Assembly (NCBI GenBank): GCA_041584255.1
Contig: JBFHEJ010000001.1
Coordinates: 1 to 27,799, forward strand
DNA from: Lysobacterales bacterium
GTDB taxonomy: Bacteria; Pseudomonadota; Gammaproteobacteria; Xanthomonadales; SZUA-36
DNA length: 27,799 nt
Direction: 5' to 3'
Part shown: piece after piece, positions 22,376 to 27,799 of the stretch
Layout: every line of letters starts with the position of its first letter
How positions within the stretch are numbered: position 1 is the first letter of the stretch
Made by a program: the position numbers and the translations under genes
Notes under the pieces: generated by a model
Database searches by the model: none
What the model saw: the letters and a program-made list of their open reading frames with translations, nothing else
Told to the model about the DNA's origin: nothing

Positions 22376-24994
22376 ATGGAGCAACAGGCCTACAAGCCCA
22401 GCGAGATCGAAATCCAGGCGCAGCAGCGCTGGGATGACAGCGGTGCGCACAACGCCGACGAGGAAGGGCCGGGTGAGAAATTCTATTGCCTGTCGATGCT
22501 GCCGTACCCCTCCGGCGCCCTGCACATGGGCCATGTACGCAACTACACCATCGGCGACATCGTCAGCCGTTTCCACAAGATGCAGGGCAAAAACGTCCTG
22601 CAGCCGATGGGCTGGGACGCGTTCGGCCTGCCGGCGGAAAATGCCGCGATCAAGAACCAGACAGCGCCTGCCAGGTGGACGCGCGAAAACATCGCCCGCA
22701 TGCGCGGGCAGCTCAAGCGCCTGGGCTTTGCCTATGACTGGCGGCGTGAAGTCACGACCTGTGATCCCGATTATTACCGTTGGGAGCAGCAAATGTTCAC
22801 GCGCCTCATGCGCAAGGGCCTGGCCTATCGCAGGGACGCCGAGGTCAACTGGGATCCTGTCGACCAGACGGTACTGGCCAACGAACAGGTGGTTGATGGG
22901 CGAGGCTGGCGCTCGGGTGCTGTGGTCGAACGCAAGTCCATACCCCAGTGGTTCCTGAAGATTACCGATTACGCCGAGGAGCTGCTCAACGGGCTGGATG
23001 ATCTCGAGGGCTGGCCTGAAGCCGTCAAGATCATGCAGCGCAACTGGATCGGTCGGTCCGAGGGCATCGATTTCGTCATGCCGATTTGTGACGAAAAAGG
23101 CCGACCCGACCCTCCGGGGCGCACTGTCGAAGTATTCACGACACGCCCCGACACCGCCTTTGGAATGACCTACGCGGTGCTGGCGCCAGAGCATCCCCTG
23201 GTGGCGCAAGTGACCAGTAACGAGCAGCGCAGCGTCGTGGAGGCGTTTGTTCAGAATGTGAAGAAGGCTTCCGAGGCGGACCGCCTGACCATCGAAGCCG
23301 GCAGCGCCGCGATGAGCAAGCGCGGCGTCTTCACCGGCGCGTACGTGGTCAATCCCTTCAACCGCAAGCCGGTGCCGCTCTACATCGCCGATTATGTCCT
23401 GATGGGCTACGGCACGGGCGCGATCATGGCCGTGCCGGGCGAGGACGAGCGCGATTGGGTTTTTGCCACGGCGCACGATCTTCCCATTATCCGTACCGTT
23501 CAGCCCCCCGAAGACTGGGAAGGCGGCGCTTTCACCGACGAGGGGCCGAAGATCAACAGCGACTGGCTGGACGGCCTGGACATCGATGAGGCCAAGAGTA
23601 AGGCCATCGAATGGCTGGAAGGTGAGGGCATCGGCAGCCGCAAGGTCAATTACCGGCTGCGGGACTGGGGAGTCAGCCGCCAGCGCTACTGGGGCTGTCC
23701 CATCCCCGTTATTTACTGCGATGCCTGCGGTGCCGTGCCGGTACCGGATGATGAGCTGCCGGTGGTGCTGCCCGAGGACGTCACCTTCATGGGCGTGCAG
23801 TCGCCGATCAAGGCCGATCCCGAGTGGCGCAGGACGACATGCCCCGAATGCGGTGCAGATGCCGAGCGGGAAACCGACACCTTCGACACCTTCATGGAGT
23901 CGTCTTGGTACTACGCGCGTTATTGTTCACCCGGCGCGGACGCCATGATCGACGACCGCGCCGAGAAGTGGTTGCCGGTCAACCAGTACATCGGCGGCAT
24001 TGAACACGCCATCCTGCACCTGATGTATTTCCGCTTCTATCACAAGCTGTTGCGTGACGCGGGCATGGTGTCTTCTGACGAGCCTGCCACGCGCCTGCTG
24101 TGCCAGGGGATGGTGGTGGCCGAGACCTACTATCGTGATGGCGATGCGGGCGGCCGCGTGTGGATTCACCCCGACGATGTCGAGGTCAGCCGTGACGACA
24201 AGGGCAGGGTGACGGGCGCCACGCTGAAGAGCGACGGCAGGCCGGTGGAGATTGGCGGCGTCGAGAAAATGTCCAAGTCGAAGAACAACGGCGTCGATCC
24301 CAGGGGCCTGGTCGACCGTTACGGGGCCGACACCGTGCGGCTGTTCTCGGTTTCCGACTCGCCGCCCGATCAGTCGCTCGAATGGTCGGAAGCCGGCGTC
24401 GAGGGCGCCCACCGGTTTCTCAAGCGGGTTTGGTTCCTGGTTCAGCAGCATGCCGCCGCCGGGCCAGGCCCCGAACTCGATCGCGAAGCTCTGGACAAGC
24501 AGCAAAAAGACATGCGGCGTCTCGTGCATGACGCCATCGCCAAGGTGGGCGACGATGTCGAACGACGGTTTACCTTCAACACTGCAGTGGCCGCCATCAT
24601 GGAATTGTGCAATCACCTGTCCCGTTTTGACGACGACAGCGCGCAGGGGCGCGCCGTTCAGCAGGAGGCCTGGCTGGCCATCGTACGCATGATCTGGCCC
24701 TTCACGCCGCACATCAGCGAGGCGCTGTGGGCGGTTCTGGGGCAGACCGATGACATTGCCGTGGCTGGCTGGCCGGCGATCGATGAATCCGCGCGGGTCA
24801 GGGAACAGATCACCCTGGTGGTGCAGATCAACGGAAAACTGCGTGCCCGCCTCGACACACAGCCGGGCGTCAGCAAGGACGAGGTGCTGGCCCAGGCCCG
24901 GGCACTCGACAACGTGCAGCGACACATCGAGGGCAAGGAGGTCCGCAAGGTCATCCATGTGCCGGACCGGCTGCTGAATATCGTCGTCGGCTGA
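22376..24994 (+). CDS. leuS: Leucine--tRNA ligase
   Basis: [13 protein letters not shown] (HIGH motif), TTRPDT editing motif, [29 protein letters not shown]. Confidence 0.98.
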   Translation: MEQQAYKPSEIEIQAQQRWDDSGAHNADEEGPGEKFYCLSMLPYPSGALHMGHVRNYTIGDIVSRFHKMQGKNVLQPMGWDAFGLPAENAAIKNQTAPARWTRENIARMRGQLKRLGFAYDWRREVTTCDPDYYRWEQQMFTRLMRKGLAYRRDAEVNWDPVDQTVLANEQVVDGRGWRSGAVVERKSIPQWFLKITDYAEELLNGLDDLEGWPEAVKIMQRNWIGRSEGIDFVMPICDEKGRPDPPGRTVEVFTTRPDTAFGMTYAVLAPEHPLVAQVTSNEQRSVVEAFVQNVKKASEADRLTIEAGSAAMSKRGVFTGAYVVNPFNRKPVPLYIADYVLMGYGTGAIMAVPGEDERDWVFATAHDLPIIRTVQPPEDWEGGAFTDEGPKINSDWLDGLDIDEAKSKAIEWLEGEGIGSRKVNYRLRDWGVSRQRYWGCPIPVIYCDACGAVPVPDDELPVVLPEDVTFMGVQSPIKADPEWRRTTCPECGADAERETDTFDTFMESSWYYARYCSPGADAMIDDRAEKWLPVNQYIGGIEHAILHLMYFRFYHKLLRDAGMVSSDEPATRLLCQGMVVAETYYRDGDAGGRVWIHPDDVEVSRDDKGRVTGATLKSDGRPVEIGGVEKMSKSKNNGVDPRGLVDRYGADTVRLFSVSDSPPDQSLEWSEAGVEGAHRFLKRVWFLVQQHAAAGPGPELDREALDKQQKDMRRLVHDAIAKVGDDVERRFTFNTAVAAIMELCNHLSRFDDDSAQGRAVQQEAWLAIVRMIWPFTPHISEALWAVLGQTDDIAVAGWPAIDESARVREQITLVVQINGKLRARLDTQPGVSKDEVLAQARALDNVQRHIEGKEVRKVIHVPDRLLNIVVG

Positions 24995-25494
24995 TGCATC
25001 GTGGCCTGATGAAACGGATTTCCGCATTGCTGCTGGCTTCAATCATGCTGACCGGCTGTGGGTTCCAGCTGCGCGATCGTGCCGACCTGCCCCCGGAAAT
25101 GGCGCAGACCCACCTCGTGGTGGAAGGGGAGTACAGTGCCCTGGCCCGCCGCCTGCGCGTGCTGCTCGAACAGAGCGGGGCGGTGTTGGTGGGTCCGGAC
25201 CAGGCCCTTTCCATTCTCGAAATTCCGGTCAACCGGGCGGTGACCGAAGTACTGACCATCGGCGACAATGCGCGCGTGCGCGAGTACCGTGTCAGTCATA
25301 CCGTTGAATTCCGTCTGCTCGACGCTTCGGGCACCGAGATCATCCCCATGCAAACGTTGCGTCAGACGCGCGAGATTTCCTTCGACGAGCAGGAAATCCT
25401 CGGTGACACGCGCGAGCAGGAATACATGCAGCGAGACCTGGCCAACACCCTCGCCCGGCTGATCCTGCGGCGGCTCGAGGGTTCAGGGGACTGA
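24994..25494 (+). CDS. lptE: LPS assembly lipoprotein LptE (start 24994 or 25009)
   Basis: Lipobox MLTGC-GFQLR; leuS-lptE-holA order. Confidence 0.9.
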   Translation: MHRGLMKRISALLLASIMLTGCGFQLRDRADLPPEMAQTHLVVEGEYSALARRLRVLLEQSGAVLVGPDQALSILEIPVNRAVTEVLTIGDNARVREYRVSHTVEFRLLDASGTEIIPMQTLRQTREISFDEQEILGDTREQEYMQRDLANTLARLILRRLEGSGD

Positions 25495-25495
25495 G

Positions 25496-26527
25496 GTGCC
25501 GATCCGCCTCGCACAGCTGCCCCAGATGCTGGCGCAGTCAATCGCGCCTGTCTACCTGATTGCCGGTGCAGAACCGCTGCTGGTGCAGGAAGGTCGCGAG
25601 CGCGTGATCCACGCCGCCGGGGACCAGGGATTCGAAGAGCGCCAGCTCATCGTCGTCGATCGCAAATTCAGTTGGGACAGCGACCTCGGCGCGGCGGCGG
25701 CGCCGTCGCTGTTTGCCCGGCGCAAGGTCATTGATCTGCGGCTTGCCAGCGGCAAGCCGGGCAAAAGCGGCGCGCAGGTGCTGACCAAGTGGGCGGAAGA
25801 TCCCGATCCCGACACTGTTTTGGTGCTGTCATTCGGCGGTTGGGACGCGGCTTCACGCAAAACCAAGTGGGCCCAGGCGCTCGACCGGGCCGGCGTTTTG
25901 GTCGAGGTGTGGCCGCTCAAGCCCGAGGAACTTCCCGGCTGGATCAATCAACGGCTGAAGGCGGCGGGGCTGGATGCCGACCGCGAGGCCGTGGTCATGC
26001 TGGCGGAGTTGGTCGAGGGCAACCTGTTGGCTGCCCAGCAGGAAATCGACAAGTTGGCTCTGATTGCTGCGGGACGCCCCCTCAGCGCGGCGGATATCGA
26101 GAAGGCGGTGGCCAGCAGCGCCCAGTTCAGTGGTTTTCGGCTGGCCGAATGCGCCCTGCGCGGTGAAGCGGAAACCAGCCTCCGGGTGGCGGCGGGACTA
26201 TTGCGCAACCATGTTGCGATTCAGCCGGTCGTGGCGGCCTTGTACAACGAGCTGGTGCTGACACGGGCGCTGCTCGAGGTGCGCGAGGAAGGAGGGGACG
26301 AGCGAAGTTTTTTCAGCCGCGCAAGGGTCTGGCCGCAGCGACAAGCGCCGATGAAAATGGCGGCGCAGCGGCTGCGTGCTGCCGATATGGACCAGGCTTT
26401 TCATCTTCTCGCCAGGATCGATCTCCAGGGCAAGGGTCGGGCGCCCGGCGACCCCTGGCGCACGCTCGATGCGCTCCTGATGTTGCTTTGTCGGCCCCGG
26501 GACCGGCTGCTTCAGGCGGAAGCCTAG
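25496..26527 (+). CDS. holA: DNA polymerase III subunit delta
   Basis: PVYLIAGAEPLL, SLFARRKVIDLR, VEGNLLAAQQEIDKL, D...KG...GDPW..L; conserved position. Confidence 0.95.
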   Translation: MPIRLAQLPQMLAQSIAPVYLIAGAEPLLVQEGRERVIHAAGDQGFEERQLIVVDRKFSWDSDLGAAAAPSLFARRKVIDLRLASGKPGKSGAQVLTKWAEDPDPDTVLVLSFGGWDAASRKTKWAQALDRAGVLVEVWPLKPEELPGWINQRLKAAGLDADREAVVMLAELVEGNLLAAQQEIDKLALIAAGRPLSAADIEKAVASSAQFSGFRLAECALRGEAETSLRVAAGLLRNHVAIQPVVAALYNELVLTRALLEVREEGGDERSFFSRARVWPQRQAPMKMAAQRLRAADMDQAFHLLARIDLQGKGRAPGDPWRTLDALLMLLCRPRDRLLQAEA

Positions 26528-27172
26528 ATGCCGACTCGCGGCGCAATCGGCATTTTTGGCGGCACCTTCGACCCGGTTCACTTCGGACACCTGCGGGCTG
26601 CAACTGAAGCGTTCGAGAAGCTGCCCCTGAACGAATTTCGGCTGCTGCCGGCAGGAGCTCCGCCGCATCGATCGCAAACCTGGGCCAGTGCAGACGATCG
26701 CCTCGCCATGCTGCGGCTGGCGGTCGATGAGTACGACGACCTGGTGGTCGATGACCGTGAAGTGCGCCGCGAGGGATTCTCGTACATGGTCGACACCCTG
26801 GCGGAAATACGTGAGGAGGAAGGCGATGCGCCGCTGATCCTGATGGTTGGCCAGGACGCGGTCAATCAACTCGACAGCTGGCACCAATGGCGCAGGCTGT
26901 TCGACCTCGGGCATCTTGCGGTGATGCGCAGGCCCAAATCGAACCACGTTTACTCCGGCGAACTCTTTGAGGCCCTGCAACCGCGCCTCGTGGACGATGC
27001 CGCCGCCCTGCAGCGTGCACCGCATGGCCTGGTTTTGCCGCTGGAAGTCACGCAGCTGGAGATCTCCTCCACCGGCATTCGGACGCTGATCAGGGACGGC
27101 CGTTCACCGCGGTTCCTGCTGCCCGAGGCGGTCATTCGCTACATCGAGGAGCGCGGCCTGTATGCGAACTGA
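26528..27172 (+). CDS. nadD: Nicotinate-nucleotide adenylyltransferase
   Basis: IFGGTFDPVHFGHL, PAGAPPHR, SYMVDTL, VGQD...WHQW, EISSTGIR. Confidence 0.97.
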   Translation: MPTRGAIGIFGGTFDPVHFGHLRAATEAFEKLPLNEFRLLPAGAPPHRSQTWASADDRLAMLRLAVDEYDDLVVDDREVRREGFSYMVDTLAEIREEEGDAPLILMVGQDAVNQLDSWHQWRRLFDLGHLAVMRRPKSNHVYSGELFEALQPRLVDDAAALQRAPHGLVLPLEVTQLEISSTGIRTLIRDGRSPRFLLPEAVIRYIEERGLYAN

Positions 27173-27195
27173 ACATTCGCGAGGCGTGGATGGTT

Positions 27196-27224
27196 TTGCG
27201 ACGCCGGCGCTCACGGGATAGAAT
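27196..27224 (+). promoter_or_regulatory. Sigma70-type promoter for rsfS-rlmH
   Basis: TTGCGA (27196-27201)-N17-TAGAAT (27219-27224); AAGGAA SD downstream. Confidence 0.6.
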
Positions 27225-27256
27225 CAGGCTTCGAGTCAAAAGGAATCACTCGTCTA

Positions 27257-27637
27257 TTGAGTAAACAACTTTCCTCGGCCGCCCCGTCGGCCGAAAATCT
27301 TCGCGACCTGGTCGTCTCCGCCCTGGAAGACCTGAAGGCCATCGACATTCACACCATCGACGTGCGCGGTCAAAATCCACTGACCGACATGTTCGTCGTG
27401 GCAACCGGAAATTCCAACCGTCACGTCAAGTCGATTGCCGACAAGGTGATTGCCCGGGCCAAGGAGAAGGGGTACCAACCGCTCGGTATCGAGGGCCACC
27501 GTCAGGGTGAGTGGGTGCTGGTCGATCTCAACGACGTGATCGTCCACATCATGCTGCCGCAGACGCGGGCTTTCTATAACCTGGAAAAGCTCTGGGAGGT
27601 CACAGAAGCTCACCGGTCCAGCGCTTCTGCGGGCTAG
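27257..27637 (+). CDS. rsfS: Ribosome silencing factor RsfS
   Basis: [46 protein letters not shown]...[10 protein letters not shown]. Confidence 0.96.
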   Translation: MSKQLSSAAPSAENLRDLVVSALEDLKAIDIHTIDVRGQNPLTDMFVVATGNSNRHVKSIADKVIARAKEKGYQPLGIEGHRQGEWVLVDLNDVIVHIMLPQTRAFYNLEKLWEVTEAHRSSASAG

Positions 27638-27638
27638 C

Positions 27639-27657
27639 CCGGCGAGCGGCTCGCCGG
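27639..27657. other. GC-rich palindrome between rsfS and rlmH
   Basis: ccggcgag-cgg-ctcgccgg, followed by an AT-rich run without a clean U-tract. Confidence 0.35.
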
Positions 27658-27675
27658 AATATTGATTTTGCGGTC

Positions 27676-27799
27676 GTGAAGTTCATCGTCGCTGCGGTCG
27701 GCCAGCGGATGCCAGGCTGGGTGAACGCAGCCTGGAAAGACTATGCACGCCGGTTCCCGCCGTCGCTTCCACTGGAACTCAGGGAAATTCGGATGCCGC
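27676..27799 (+). CDS. rlmH: 23S rRNA pseudouridine-1915 N3-methyltransferase RlmH (partial, runs off window)
   Basis: GTG start: [36 protein letters not shown], the typical RlmH N-terminus; follows rsfS. Confidence 0.9.
   Translation, partial: MKFIVAAVGQRMPGWVNAAWKDYARRFPPSLPLELREIRMP

Overview
GC-rich gammaproteobacterial chromosomal segment; gene order and protein features suggest a Xanthomonadales/Wenzhouxiangella-like lineage (inference). It is mostly core genes: pstS (partial)-phoR-phoB with two readable Pho boxes, bepA, a tusD/dsrE-tusC/dsrF-tusB/dsrH-tusE/dsrC sulfur-relay cluster, NAD-type isocitrate dehydrogenase, thiD, a FadL-like outer-membrane protein coupled to an AI-2E/PerM transporter, PIN-PhoH, bcp, dapA, a BamC-like lipoprotein, fdxA, tRNA-Glu(CUC), pcnB-folK-panB-panC, pgi, a DUF853/HerA-like ATPase, and leuS-lptE-holA-nadD-rsfS-rlmH (partial). 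No integrase, transposase or CRISPR array is visible. The most unusual signals are: (1) three related structured intergenic repeats whose best hairpins display CsrA/RsmA-type CANGGANG loops, one enclosed by a perfect 21-bp inverted repeat; (2) a free-standing ~105-nt candidate sRNA with its own promoter and terminator between panC and pgi, where panD is missing; (3) a DsrC-type two-cysteine (C-X10-C) sulfur carrier with no dsrAB nearby; (4) a pcnB frame that appears to need a non-AUG/GUG/UUG start; (5) a LeuRS whose CP1 editing domain looks non-gammaproteobacterial. All calls come from reading the sequence and recalled family motifs; no searches or folding programs were run.
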